NCBI GenBank assembly: GCA_964344775.1
Contig: CAYFOO010000002.1
Coordinates: forward strand, 15 to 64,014
Reading direction: 5' to 3'
Length of the DNA: 64,000 nt
From: an uncultured Candidatus Peribacteria bacterium
GTDB lineage: Bacteria > Patescibacteriota > Gracilibacteria > UBA4473
Shown: piece by piece, positions 37,957 through 49,668 of the stretch
How the letters are laid out: each line of letters starts with the position of its first letter
Numbering within the stretch: the stretch's first letter is position 1
Notes under the pieces: model-generated
What the model was told of the DNA's origin: nothing
What the model saw: only the letters and a program-made list of their open reading frames with translations
Database searches by the model: none
Position numbers and translations under genes: made by a program

Positions 37957-38739
37957 ATGAAAAGTACTACTGAAAAATTGTTTTTGGATCTTGTTGACGA
38001 ACGAGAGCAAGCGAAAATAGAAAGACGTGAATCCCTGCGAAACAAATGCCTTTATGGGACATTTGAAACTTTTTTGAGTGTCGTAGTATTGATAGAAAAA
38101 ATGAGGACAAAAATTCCAAAAGAGTTTTTGATTATTGCCGAAAAAGCAGAACCATTAGAAGAAGAGATAAAAGCTATTTTTGGTAATAGCATAGGTTTTC
38201 TTATCGAGAAAATGATGGATCGACAAGAAGACAAACAAAAATTTAAAAGTTATCAATACAGAAAATGGAAAGAATTAGTACCAGAAAAAGCAAAAGATAG
38301 AGTTGGGAATGAATGGGCAGGGCATTTTTTTGTGAAAAAAGTAGGCCTTAATTTTTTGCTTTCATGTGGAGTCATAGCTCCTTTCGTAGTTAAAATTTGC
38401 GAAGAAGCAAACCTTGATCAAGATACAACCAATGGAATTGGATTGGCTACTGCATTTTTTACCTTTATGGGAGTTATGGCTTCTGGATTTGCTGATGGTG
38501 CAAAGTTTGAAAAAAAAGCCGTTCAAAAAGCCGCTGAGATAAGATTTGAACTGGGACAAGATTTCGAGTGGCTGCAAGGTTTAATTAAAGAATGGGAAAA
38601 AGGAATTTATGGTTTTGAAACTATGCCAGAAGCCTTCAAAAGAATGGAGAAATTACTAGAAGAAGCTGAACAAAAAGCCAATGTGGATGATTTTAGAACT
38701 GGAGTAGAAGCAGTTAAAAAAGAAGTAGGAATAATTTAA
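37957..38739 (+). CDS. hypothetical membrane protein (260 aa)
   Basis: Two central hydrophobic helices (LNFLLSCGVIAPFVV, GLATAFFTFMGVMASGF) flanked by charged helical regions. Confidence 0.55.
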   Translation: MKSTTEKLFLDLVDEREQAKIERRESLRNKCLYGTFETFLSVVVLIEKMRTKIPKEFLIIAEKAEPLEEEIKAIFGNSIGFLIEKMMDRQEDKQKFKSYQYRKWKELVPEKAKDRVGNEWAGHFFVKKVGLNFLLSCGVIAPFVVKICEEANLDQDTTNGIGLATAFFTFMGVMASGFADGAKFEKKAVQKAAEIRFELGQDFEWLQGLIKEWEKGIYGFETMPEAFKRMEKLLEEAEQKANVDDFRTGVEAVKKEVGII

Positions 38740-38884
38740 TAGAAACTCTTTTCCCGCTCTGATTCTTCTTCTGGGACATTTGATCTTCGCTGGTTTTTCT
38801 CCAAGCTTAGAGAAAAACCTTCCGAGGCAATATCCAAATTAGTAGCTGAATTATCTCGAGAGGAAAAGAGTTTCAAAATAGAAT

Positions 38885-39244
38885 ATGCGTACGGAAGTCC
38901 TAGAATGCGTTCGAGAGCTTAGGAAAAACTCAACTCCTGCTGAAAAAATCTTTTGGGAAATGGTTCGGGCAAAAAGATTTTTTGGGAAAAAATTTGTAAG
39001 ACAGCAGGCTTTTATTTTTGATTATGAAGGAGAAAAAAGGTTTTTTGTAGCTGATTTTTATTGTGCAGAAAAGAAATTGATTATAGAAATTGATGGGAAA
39101 ATTCACGAATCACAAAAAGAAAAAGATCTGATACGAACTGAAATTCTTAATTTATTGGGCTTGAAAGTGGTTCGTTTTACTAATGAAGAAGTATATAATG
39201 ATCTAGAAATGGTTAAATTGCAGTTGGCAACATTAGTTCAATAA
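38885..39244 (+). CDS. DUF559 (Vsr-like endonuclease fold) protein
   Basis: LRKNSTPAEKIFWEMVR...VADFYCAEKKLIIEIDG..H...D..R...L...GLKVVRFTNEEV. Confidence 0.8.
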   Translation: MRTEVLECVRELRKNSTPAEKIFWEMVRAKRFFGKKFVRQQAFIFDYEGEKRFFVADFYCAEKKLIIEIDGKIHESQKEKDLIRTEILNLLGLKVVRFTNEEVYNDLEMVKLQLATLVQ

Positions 39245-39265
39245 AATTTCATTTTTAATTTTAGC

Positions 39266-39718
39266 ATGAACACACTCTTTGATAACATGGACTCGAAAGC
39301 TTCTAAAAAAACTACACGTGTAGGAAAACTTTTCTGCGACGGAGGAAGTCGTGGAAATCCCGGGATTGCTGGTGGAGGAGCGGTGCTTTATGACGAAAAA
39401 AATAAAGAAATTGGCCGAGATGGCGTTTTTTGCGGTATCACCACCAACAATGTGGCGGAATATTCTGGAATGATCTGTGGGATGAATTTAGCTTTGGAAA
39501 AGGGGATCACCGATTTGGAAGTATTTCTCGATTCCAAATTAGCCGTAGAACAAATGAACGGACAGTGGAAAGTAAAAAATGCCGGACTCAAACCACTTTT
39601 TGAAAAAGCCAAAATAACCGCTGATAAATTCCAAAAAATCACTTTTAAACACGTTCCCAGAGCCAAAAATGAAGTCGCCGATGCGATTGCAAACAAGGTG
39701 ATGGACGAAAATTCATAA
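39266..39718 (+). CDS. rnhA: ribonuclease HI-family protein
   Basis: CDGGSRGNPGIAGGGAVL, NNVAEYSG, DSKL..Q..G.WKVKN, NEVADAIAN. Confidence 0.8.
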   Translation: MNTLFDNMDSKASKKTTRVGKLFCDGGSRGNPGIAGGGAVLYDEKNKEIGRDGVFCGITTNNVAEYSGMICGMNLALEKGITDLEVFLDSKLAVEQMNGQWKVKNAGLKPLFEKAKITADKFQKITFKHVPRAKNEVADAIANKVMDENS

Positions 39719-39735
39719 AATTCACAGTAAAACGC

Positions 39736-39763
39736 TTGACACGCCGACCCGAATAGATAGAAT
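39736..39763 (+). promoter_or_regulatory. rRNA promoter TTGACA-16-TAGAAT
   Basis: ttgaca at 39736-41, tagaat at 39758-63, about 150 nt upstream of the 23S 5' end. Confidence 0.7.
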
Positions 39764-39911
39764 CGGCCAGCTCTGCCCACTGAATAAGTGGCAGGAGCGG
39801 TGATCTTTTACATGTCGTTTGTGTTTAAAATTAGTAAAATAGTAAAGTAAAGACTTCTAAATATGTTTTCTGTGATTTACTCACTGAAGCATAATCAAGT
39901 CTGAGTATTGA

Positions 39912-42915
<3,004 letters not shown>

Positions 42916-43020
42916 TTTCAATCATTCAAGCTTGATTTTGTTTCGGTGGGTAATTTTCAGAAAACAGTTTAGTTTTTACAGACACAAACGATGTAGATAA
43001 CGCTCAACCAAAGAAGGTTT

Positions 43021-43138
43021 GGCGTTGGCATTTATAGCGAAGGGGGTACACCTGATTCCATTCCGAACTCAGCCGTTAAGCCCTTCAGCACTGATGATAC
43101 TTGGGGTTACCCTGGGAAAGTAGGACGATGCCAACGTT
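43021..43138 (+). rRNA. rrf: 5S rRNA
   Basis: Helix I gttggca/tgccaac. ccgaactcag..gttaag and gggaaagtagg core. Confidence 0.85.
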
Positions 43139-43384
43139 GAGCCTTTTTTTATGTCGTCCTACTTTCCCAAAAAGGGGCCCCCGGACCTCGTCCGATTAGG
43201 CGAGGTTCGGGGAAAGGAGGAATAAACGAAATAAGTGAAGTCTTGAGCTTGTCGAAAGACGAAACGCATGTAGTTTATGACGACGCAGGATGATGCCAAC
43301 GTTAAGCTTTTTTTTTACAATCATTATATATGAATCTTATATGATTTATATATGGTTCTTATATATAAAATTATCAGATTTTTC

Positions 43385-43418
43385 GGCGAGGTTGGGGAAC
43401 CTCGCCTACGGTTTTTTT
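43385..43418 (+). terminator. terminator downstream of the rRNA unit
   Basis: ggcgaggtt-gggg-aacctcgcc, then tacggttttttt. Confidence 0.65.
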
Positions 43419-43595
43419 CAAAACAAATACCCGTCATCCCAACTTGTTCGGGATCAGATTGGGATTTTATTGTAGGCTTAATCAATATTAAATTTTTCGT
43501 AGTGCAAAAATTTTAATTTCTAATATTTAGAAAATAATTGCATAAGCGAAAAGATTCCGGGCAGGCCGGAATGACACAAATTTTTTTTTGGTACT

Positions 43596-45419
43596 TTAAC
43601 TCTCCATCAACTTTTCAATATCCGCATTGGACACCCGCCGTGGCATAGAGTTTTTTCGAATATTGGAGGCCTTCCTGAGGCGGAGGTATTTCCACCATTG
43701 TCCGAGTGTTTCTGACTCGAAGAAGAGGAGGTAGAAGAAAACTTTGAAGTTGTACCAGAAAGTTGCACCCCGGACGTCAAAAGAAAAATCTGAAGAAAAG
43801 TTTTTTTGTAATAAAATTTGGTGATTGAGATAGGAAATCTGATTGACCTTGCTGTCTTTTTGCAAACGATTTCGAATGACATCCACCACCTTCCTTCCAA
43901 TCGCTTTCGCCGTCCGATCATGGAATCCTACGGCGAGGGGGGAGAACCGACATTTCCAGCCAGCCCATTGTAACCGATAGGCCAGATCCACATCTTCCTT
44001 GTACATAAACATTGTCTCATCGAAGTATTCCTTCCGTTCATCCGCATTGGTAAAAGCAATATCTTCCAGTGCTTTCCTCCGATACAAAGCTCCGGCCCCT
44101 GAAGCTCCAAAAATATCTCGTTCATGATCATACTGACCATAGTCCACTTCAGCTTGTCCGATATCCTCAAATCGATGTGATTTCAAAATTTTTATCCCCG
44201 CAGAATCAATGAAATTTGTTTTTCCCATATCTCGGACTGCTCCTGGGTCGCTTTCATAAGCGTCAAATTCCCATCGTTTCAGCTTCCCACCAGCACTTCC
44301 GTAGACTGGTTTTTCTGAGATAGCTTTGACCAGCTCAGAAATGAAATTCGGCTCAAAAATCATATCAATGTTCAAGCAGGCATAAAAATCTCCCTCTGAA
44401 TTTCGAAGAATTTCATTATGTCCTCGGCCAAATCCCAGATTTTTTGGAGATTTTATGACCTGAACTTGTGGAAATTCTTGTTCGATTTTTTCCACCGTTC
44501 CATCGGTAGAGTGGTTATCTAGCACAATTATTTCTAAGTTTTCATAATCTTGAGCCATGAGAGAGTTTAGACAGGGAGTGACGTATTTTTCAGAATTATA
44601 AGTGAGCAAACCCACAGTTACCGTAGGAGAACGACTTTCAATGGTAGTGACTGGCACGGTCCCTTCATTTTTTATCGATTTTTGTTGGCGTCGGAGTTTT
44701 ACTTTTTCCGGATTGAAGGCTTCCTGAGCGAGCAAGCTTGCTTCCAGCAAGGAATCATGTGTTCCCGCATCAACCCACATGCCGCTGATGGCAGAGGCCC
44801 GAACATGTTTTCTCTGGAGATAAATTTTATTTACGTCGGTGATTTCTAATTCCCCTCTCTTCGAAGGTTGAATCTGTCGAATAAAATCAAAAACTTGGTT
44901 GTCATAGAGAAAGAATCCTGTTTGTGCAAAATCAGATTTTGGGAAAGCCGGCTTCTCCTCAATAGAACGGACCGTTCCATCCTCTCGGATTTCCACTATT
45001 CCGAACCGTGAAGGATCTTCTACTTTTTTTACAAAAATTTGAGCTCCTTTTTGAAAATAAAAAACTTCATCAGAAAAATCTTCTTCAAAAATATTATCAG
45101 ACAGGATAACCGCTACTGATTCCCCACTTGAAAAATCTTCTGCCAAACTCAAAGCCTGAGCAATCCCTCCAGCACCATCTTGGATTTTGTAAGTAAAATT
45201 TACATCAAAATCCATTCCTGATCCCAGAAGCTGCATAAAATCTCCCGCATGCTCGGGGCTCGAGATAATAAGAATGTCCCGGATACCAGAGTTTTTCAAT
45301 GTCTGGATAGGATAATAAATCATTGGTTGATCGAAGACAGGCAAAAGGTGCTTGTTCGTCACCTTTGTGTTCGGAAAAAGTCTAGATCCAGTGCCGCCTG
45401 CCAAAATAATTCCTTTCAT
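43596..45419 (-). CDS. fusion protein: sugar-1-phosphate nucleotidyltransferase (RmlA-like) + family-2 glycosyltransferase
   Basis: N-terminus MKGIILAGGTGSRLFP..TNKHLLPV. C-terminal half VTVGLLTYNSEKYV..LIIVLDNHSTDGT..(DxD-type GT2). ATG at 45419 preferred. Confidence 0.8.
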   Translation of the reverse strand: MKGIILAGGTGSRLFPNTKVTNKHLLPVFDQPMIYYPIQTLKNSGIRDILIISSPEHAGDFMQLLGSGMDFDVNFTYKIQDGAGGIAQALSLAEDFSSGESVAVILSDNIFEEDFSDEVFYFQKGAQIFVKKVEDPSRFGIVEIREDGTVRSIEEKPAFPKSDFAQTGFFLYDNQVFDFIRQIQPSKRGELEITDVNKIYLQRKHVRASAISGMWVDAGTHDSLLEASLLAQEAFNPEKVKLRRQQKSIKNEGTVPVTTIESRSPTVTVGLLTYNSEKYVTPCLNSLMAQDYENLEIIVLDNHSTDGTVEKIEQEFPQVQVIKSPKNLGFGRGHNEILRNSEGDFYACLNIDMIFEPNFISELVKAISEKPVYGSAGGKLKRWEFDAYESDPGAVRDMGKTNFIDSAGIKILKSHRFEDIGQAEVDYGQYDHERDIFGASGAGALYRRKALEDIAFTNADERKEYFDETMFMYKEDVDLAYRLQWAGWKCRFSPLAVGFHDRTAKAIGRKVVDVIRNRLQKDSKVNQISYLNHQILLQKNFSSDFSFDVRGATFWYNFKVFFYLLFFESETLGQWWKYLRLRKASNIRKNSMPRRVSNADIEKLMES

Positions 45420-45468
45420 TTTTTCGTCCAGTATTTTGAAATGATTCGTCCGAGAAAGCAAACTTTTA

Positions 45469-46269
45469 TTAGTCTGTTATTTGCCCATCCAGAGTCCCTT
45501 CGAGCCGGTTCCCCTTCCAGCTACGTTTATTCGTGATTACACGAGGTGTTCTTTTCTTTTTTATTTTTGTTCTTCTATCGAGTGGACTTTTCCAGTACGG
45601 TGAACTACCACCAACATTTCTTTCGCGAAAACGATTTTTTGTATTTTTGGTCCATTTTGTTTTTGAAAGATTTCCTACTCTTTTTCCAGTAGTTCGTGAT
45701 CGGCTAATCGTAGCGGGTCTTCGTTGTCCCCATTTTTTCCATTTTTTGACCCGTTTTTGGTATTTTTCATTATTGGTCAATTCTCCTTCTTGTTTGTAAC
45801 TCGCTTTTTGGCGATTTCTGCTTTTGTATTTGTTGAGAGCATTCCTAGTAAATCTTTTCTTTGTAAACGTGTTTCGAGCAGAAGTATCCACTCTTTTAAT
45901 TTTTTGAGCCCGTACAGCGTTCGTTTTCGGTTTAGTTGACCTGGTATAACTTCCTGCTCCAAACCGTGATTTGGGAGCATTTGCTCTTGTATTTCGACTC
46001 CTATTTCTCAATTTTGACCAGTTTTTTCTGCTCAGTCTTTTGGTTGTTGCAGATCGTTTTTTCTTTTGGGCTATTACTTTTTTTACCGCCTCACAAGAAG
46101 AAACATTTTTCCAGCCATTTGGGACATCACAGGGGGTATCAAATTCTTCACAAACCCCATTTGAGTTTATCGCTGGTTGAATTACTTGTGCACAGAATTT
46201 CGATTCCGCGGAAACGTTAAACGGAATAAATAATATCAGTACTGGCAATAGAAAAATAAATTTTTTCAT
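45469..46269 (-). CDS. secreted, extremely basic low-complexity protein
   Basis: Signal peptide, then a 4-Cys module (CAQV..CEEFDTPCDV..SSC), then about 200 aa of K/R/T/N/S-rich sequence. Confidence 0.6.
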   Translation of the reverse strand: MKKFIFLLPVLILFIPFNVSAESKFCAQVIQPAINSNGVCEEFDTPCDVPNGWKNVSSCEAVKKVIAQKKKRSATTKRLSRKNWSKLRNRSRNTRANAPKSRFGAGSYTRSTKPKTNAVRAQKIKRVDTSARNTFTKKRFTRNALNKYKSRNRQKASYKQEGELTNNEKYQKRVKKWKKWGQRRPATISRSRTTGKRVGNLSKTKWTKNTKNRFRERNVGGSSPYWKSPLDRRTKIKKKRTPRVITNKRSWKGNRLEGTLDGQITD

Positions 46270-46278
46270 TTCTTGGAT

Positions 46279-47502
46279 TTATCGGCGATAAGCACTTTTT
46301 TTGTAAGCATCCATGAAGTTGGAATAACTCCTTTTTCTTTTTCTGGTTGTGGTTTTTTTTGTACTACTTGTTCTAGAAGAACGGCGAGAACTTTTCTTTC
46401 TCAATTTTGCCTGAAGTGATCGTAGTTCTTTTTGTAGTCGTTTGATTTCTTTTTTCACTTCGGCGATTTTTTTATTAATTGCCGCTTTTGAAGCAGAAGA
46501 AGATACGGAAGTATTTATCGTAGAAGTAGTACTACCTGAAGAAGAACTACTTTTTGTACTAGTAGAGCTTCCAGAAGAGGAAGAAGTATCTTCTGAGGTG
46601 GTGCTGGTAGTATCTGAGTTAGAATCATCAGCACTTGTCGTACTGTTTGTAGTTGGTTCTCCCGCATCCACAGACTTGAGTGATTTTCTTTCAATTTTCT
46701 TAATATTTCGAGAAGCACGAGTACTTTTAGTTCGATCGATAGCTTTGATGGTTTTAACTGGTTTCATTGTTCCTCCACCAAATCTTTGTGTTTCTCCGGC
46801 TCGATTTTTGAAGAAGTAACCTTTGGCATAATATTGAGTACCAGGCGTGAGGCCGGTTATTCTTCCGGCATAAGTAGATCTTTCTGTTTCTAATATAGCT
46901 ACTGGGTCTGAGAGATCACTATTTTTTGAGAGTACAATATGAAAACCATGATAGTCACTGCTGGTTAATTTTCTTGCTCGTGACCAACGAAAATCAATAA
47001 AATTATCATAACGACTGGTCCTTAGAGCTGTAAATGTATCGGTTGTTCCAGAAGAGGAAGAATTACTAGATGACGAAGGGGTAGGGTCATTTGGTTCTAT
47101 TTCTGAACTTTCTACGGTTCCATCTGTTTTCCACTGCCATTTGATAATTTTGGATCCATTGGTGAGGATCCTTCTTCGCCCTTCTTTTTGATAGGTGTAG
47201 ATCCGGAAGTAATAATCTTTATTCCTTTCAAATCCTCCAGCACGAAGAACTAAATCTTGTCGGCCAGCCCTGAGCCATTGATTGGCGAGTTTATCTGTCC
47301 TCATGTTTGTTTCATAAATACTCCATTGGATTGCATAACCGTTTGTCTGAGAAGCGACTTCAGCCGCAACGGGATCCCATTTTATATGAAGACTTTTTTC
47401 ATCAGCTGTAGGAGTGACAGAAAATCCGGTAATTCCTGCAGCAAAAGCTTGAGAGCATAATCCCAAGACACCGAGAGCGAGAAAAAGAAGTAATTTTTTC
47501 AT
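46279..47502 (-). CDS. secreted protein with FN3-like repeats, S/T-rich linker and basic tail
   Basis: Signal peptide. Two W..Y.I.W-type beta-sandwich-like segments, a long S/T run, a coiled-coil segment (KKIAEVKKEIKRLQKELRSLQAKL), then an RKKSSRRSSRTSSTKK tail. Confidence 0.6.
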   Translation of the reverse strand: MKKLLLFLALGVLGLCSQAFAAGITGFSVTPTADEKSLHIKWDPVAAEVASQTNGYAIQWSIYETNMRTDKLANQWLRAGRQDLVLRAGGFERNKDYYFRIYTYQKEGRRRILTNGSKIIKWQWKTDGTVESSEIEPNDPTPSSSSNSSSSGTTDTFTALRTSRYDNFIDFRWSRARKLTSSDYHGFHIVLSKNSDLSDPVAILETERSTYAGRITGLTPGTQYYAKGYFFKNRAGETQRFGGGTMKPVKTIKAIDRTKSTRASRNIKKIERKSLKSVDAGEPTTNSTTSADDSNSDTTSTTSEDTSSSSGSSTSTKSSSSSGSTTSTINTSVSSSASKAAINKKIAEVKKEIKRLQKELRSLQAKLRKKSSRRSSRTSSTKKTTTRKRKRSYSNFMDAYKKSAYRR

Positions 47503-47533
47503 TTTTTTGAGGGGTTAGAAGATAGTTTTTTTT

Positions 47534-47597
47534 GGTTGTAAGTGGGAGGTTGTAGGGAATAAATATCCTTACAACTTATAACTTACAACTTCTCACC
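47534..47597. repeat. family A hairpin
   Basis: ggttgtaagtgggaggttgtaggg-aataaata-tccttacaacttataacttacaacttctcacc. Confidence 0.7.
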
Positions 47598-47605
47598 TGT
47601 CTTTT

Positions 47606-48250
47606 TTATTGTTCGTTTAGGGTTTCGTCAAGTGGATTTGTAAGCATTCTGACTTTCCAAGCTGGCCAAAGTACAAATTCTGCCTTTCCACGTATGTTTT
47701 CTTTAGCCAAAAAGGGAGAATGTTTCCCATCACAACCGGAAGTAGAAAAACATTGTCGAGAATCTAGACTTTGTGCTCGATTATCCCCAAAAACTAAATA
47801 AAAATCTTCTGGAACGATGAATTTTGTTTTTCCATCCGTTCTAGTTCGTCCTTCGTTTCGCGGAGAAAGGTAGGATTCTGGAATTTCATAATCCATAATT
47901 TCTTCTGCTTCATTCGTTAGATAAACTTTTCCATCTTTTATTTCCACTGTATCCCCGGGGATACCGACTACTCTTTTGATATAAGAGATTTTTTTGTCTG
48001 GTGCTTTGAAGACAATTACTTCGCCTCTTTTTGGTTCTCGGATGAAGTGGTAGAGAAATTCATTCACAAAGATAAATTCTCCTTTCCCCTGGATACAATT
48101 ATCGTTGAGCACGTTTAGCGTCGGGCACATGGATGGTCCAGATACACGAAAGAGTTGAAAAATATAAAATCGGATAAAAAGCACGAGGGCAATAAGGATG
48201 ATAATTTCTAGTAGGAACCCCCACCAGCTTTGGTTTTCTTCTTTGAACAT
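47606..48250 (-). CDS. lepB: signal peptidase I
   Basis: GPSMCPTL, KRVVGIPGD, GDNRAQSLDSR. Confidence 0.9.
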   Translation of the reverse strand: MFKEENQSWWGFLLEIIILIALVLFIRFYIFQLFRVSGPSMCPTLNVLNDNCIQGKGEFIFVNEFLYHFIREPKRGEVIVFKAPDKKISYIKRVVGIPGDTVEIKDGKVYLTNEAEEIMDYEIPESYLSPRNEGRTRTDGKTKFIVPEDFYLVFGDNRAQSLDSRQCFSTSGCDGKHSPFLAKENIRGKAEFVLWPAWKVRMLTNPLDETLNEQ

Positions 48251-48352
48251 AGTGGAGAAATTGTAGGAATTTTTTAGTAAAAGACAAACAGAAAGTAGTT
48301 GTTAGTTCTTAGTTTTTAGAGCTTAGATTTCGAGATTTGTAATTTAGGAGAA

Positions 48353-48607
48353 TTTAAGGCTGGAGCGGATTTGTAATCCGGTTCGCAACGTTTTGGAAGT
48401 GCACAACGGAAAACGTTTAGGTTCAATTTACCATCCTACGTTAAAACTCTGGATGACAGGCAAAATTGAACCAGCCGTCTTTTTTTCCAGATCGTTCAAT
48501 TCGCTTCGCGACCGAGCAATGAATTACTCGGTTAACAGCTTCTTGCATAGTTGCTTGTTGATAGTTTTTTACTGCTAGTTCTCAAGTATCTTCCCCAATT
48601 CCTGCTT
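48353..48607. repeat. 255-bp direct repeat, copy 1 (includes a 33-bp nrdR 3'-end fragment at 48575-48607)
   Basis: Identical by eye to 48896..49150 (offset 543 bp). Confidence 0.85.
48358..48476 (+). ncRNA. candidate structured element, four-way junction, long copy R1
   Basis: P1 ggctgg/ccagcc. P2 cggat-ttgta-atccg. P3 aacgtttt/aaaacgtt with the loop ggaagtgcacaacgg. P4 ggttcaattt/aaattgaacc with the inner hairpin catcc/ggatg. Followed by gtcttttttt. Confidence 0.5.
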
Positions 48608-48895
48608 TACTTCTTCTTCTTTGGTGTATAATGAGCAGATTTATTATTTTTTAATCAAAAATAAAATGCCAAAATCAAAACCGTCATCGGCTCCAGAGGG
48701 AAAAGAAAAAGCGACTCAAAAGCCTCAAACTTCAGAAGAACGTGAAGCAGGGCAAAGAGCTTCTGAAAAAATGTTAGGTGTTGAAAAAAGAGAAGATTTT
48801 CGGAAAGAAAGAAATAAACTTGGGTTTATTAAGAAAAAAACACCAGAGCAACTACAAAGATATCATTATTTGAATGCTCGACAAGAAGGAGTTAG

Positions 48896-49150
48896 TTTAA
48901 GGCTGGAGCGGATTTGTAATCCGGTTCGCAACGTTTTGGAAGTGCACAACGGAAAACGTTTAGGTTCAATTTACCATCCTACGTTAAAACTCTGGATGAC
49001 AGGCAAAATTGAACCAGCCGTCTTTTTTTCCAGATCGTTCAATTCGCTTCGCGACCGAGCAATGAATTACTCGGTTAACAGCTTCTTGCATAGTTGCTTG
49101 TTGATAGTTTTTTACTGCTAGTTCTCAAGTATCTTCCCCAATTCCTGCTT
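48896..49150. repeat. 255-bp direct repeat, copy 2 (overlaps the true nrdR 3' end)
   Basis: See copy 1. Confidence 0.85.
48901..49019 (+). ncRNA. candidate structured element, long copy R2
   Basis: Identical to R1. Confidence 0.5.
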
Positions 49151-49564
49151 AAACGTCTCCACATCTTTGAATTGTCGATAAACCGAAGCAAATCGGATGT
49201 AGGCGATTTCATCTAATTCTTTCAGCATGTTCATCACATCTTCCCCTATTTTTGAGGAGGCGACCACTTTTTCTTTTCCCCATTTTTCTTCCAGTGCAGA
49301 GAGATTTTCTCGGAGTTGTTCGATAGAGATGGGCCTTTTCCCGCAAGCGGTTAGGATCCCTTCTTCCAATTTTTCTCTGTCGTAGGGTTCAGAAGTTTTG
49401 TCTTTTTTCTCCACCATCAGGTTGGTCGTCTGAGGTCGTTCAAAAGTGGTGAACCGAAATTCACATTTTTCACATTCTCGTCTTCTCCGGATAGAACTTC
49501 CTGTGTCAGAGACACGCGAATCTATCACTTTTGTATCTTCGAAGCCGCAACTGGGACACTTCAT
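49118..49564 (-). CDS. nrdR: transcriptional repressor NrdR
   Basis: MKCPSCGFEDTKVIDSR...RRRRECEKCEFRFTTFE zinc ribbon plus ATP-cone. Confidence 0.9.
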   Translation of the reverse strand: MKCPSCGFEDTKVIDSRVSDTGSSIRRRRECEKCEFRFTTFERPQTTNLMVEKKDKTSEPYDREKLEEGILTACGKRPISIEQLRENLSALEEKWGKEKVVASSKIGEDVMNMLKELDEIAYIRFASVYRQFKDVETFKQELGKILEN

Positions 49565-49570
49565 TTTAAA

Positions 49571-49658
49571 AGGTTGTAGGTGGGAGGTTGTAAGTTGTAA
49601 GGATTTTTTTAATTTTTAGTTCCAAACTTTGGCGGACAGGTCGAACTTAGAACTTAGA
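49571..49658. repeat. family A left arm + 'aacttaga' tail
   Basis: ggttgtaggtgggaggttgtaagttgtaagg..aatttttagttccaaactttggcggacaggtcgaacttagaacttagag. Homologous to 53069..53190. Confidence 0.7.
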
Positions 49659-49668
49659 GAAAAAAAAT

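Noticed and set aside
43290-43475. 61-aa ORF in an AT-rich tract (ttatatat repeats)
   Set aside because: It is low-complexity sequence between terminators in the gap between the rRNA unit and the RmlA-GT2 fusion gene, with no coding signal.
48358-48476. Possible tRNA-Thr(UGU), because the P2 loop is TTTGTAA with a covarying stem
   Set aside because: There is no D arm, no GTTC-type T loop and no discriminator/CCA context. The other arms are far too long, so the overall geometry is not tRNA-like.
48353-49117. tmRNA (ssrA), expected near smpB (49669..50118)
   Set aside because: Neither strand shows the GGGG...5' acceptor, a tag reading frame ending in a stop, or a GGTTCGAATCC-type T arm followed by ACCA at the 3' end.
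48621-49121. 166-aa ORF (and its 61-aa twin at 48393..48578) reading through the 255-bp repeat
   Set aside because: The repeat part coincides with a conserved, covarying nucleic-acid structure and T-runs. The related copy at 7837-7927 keeps the nucleotide word GCACAAC but reads it in a different frame. Only the unique Lys/Glu-rich N-terminal 77 codons (from the ATG at 48666) might be coding, and support for that is weak.
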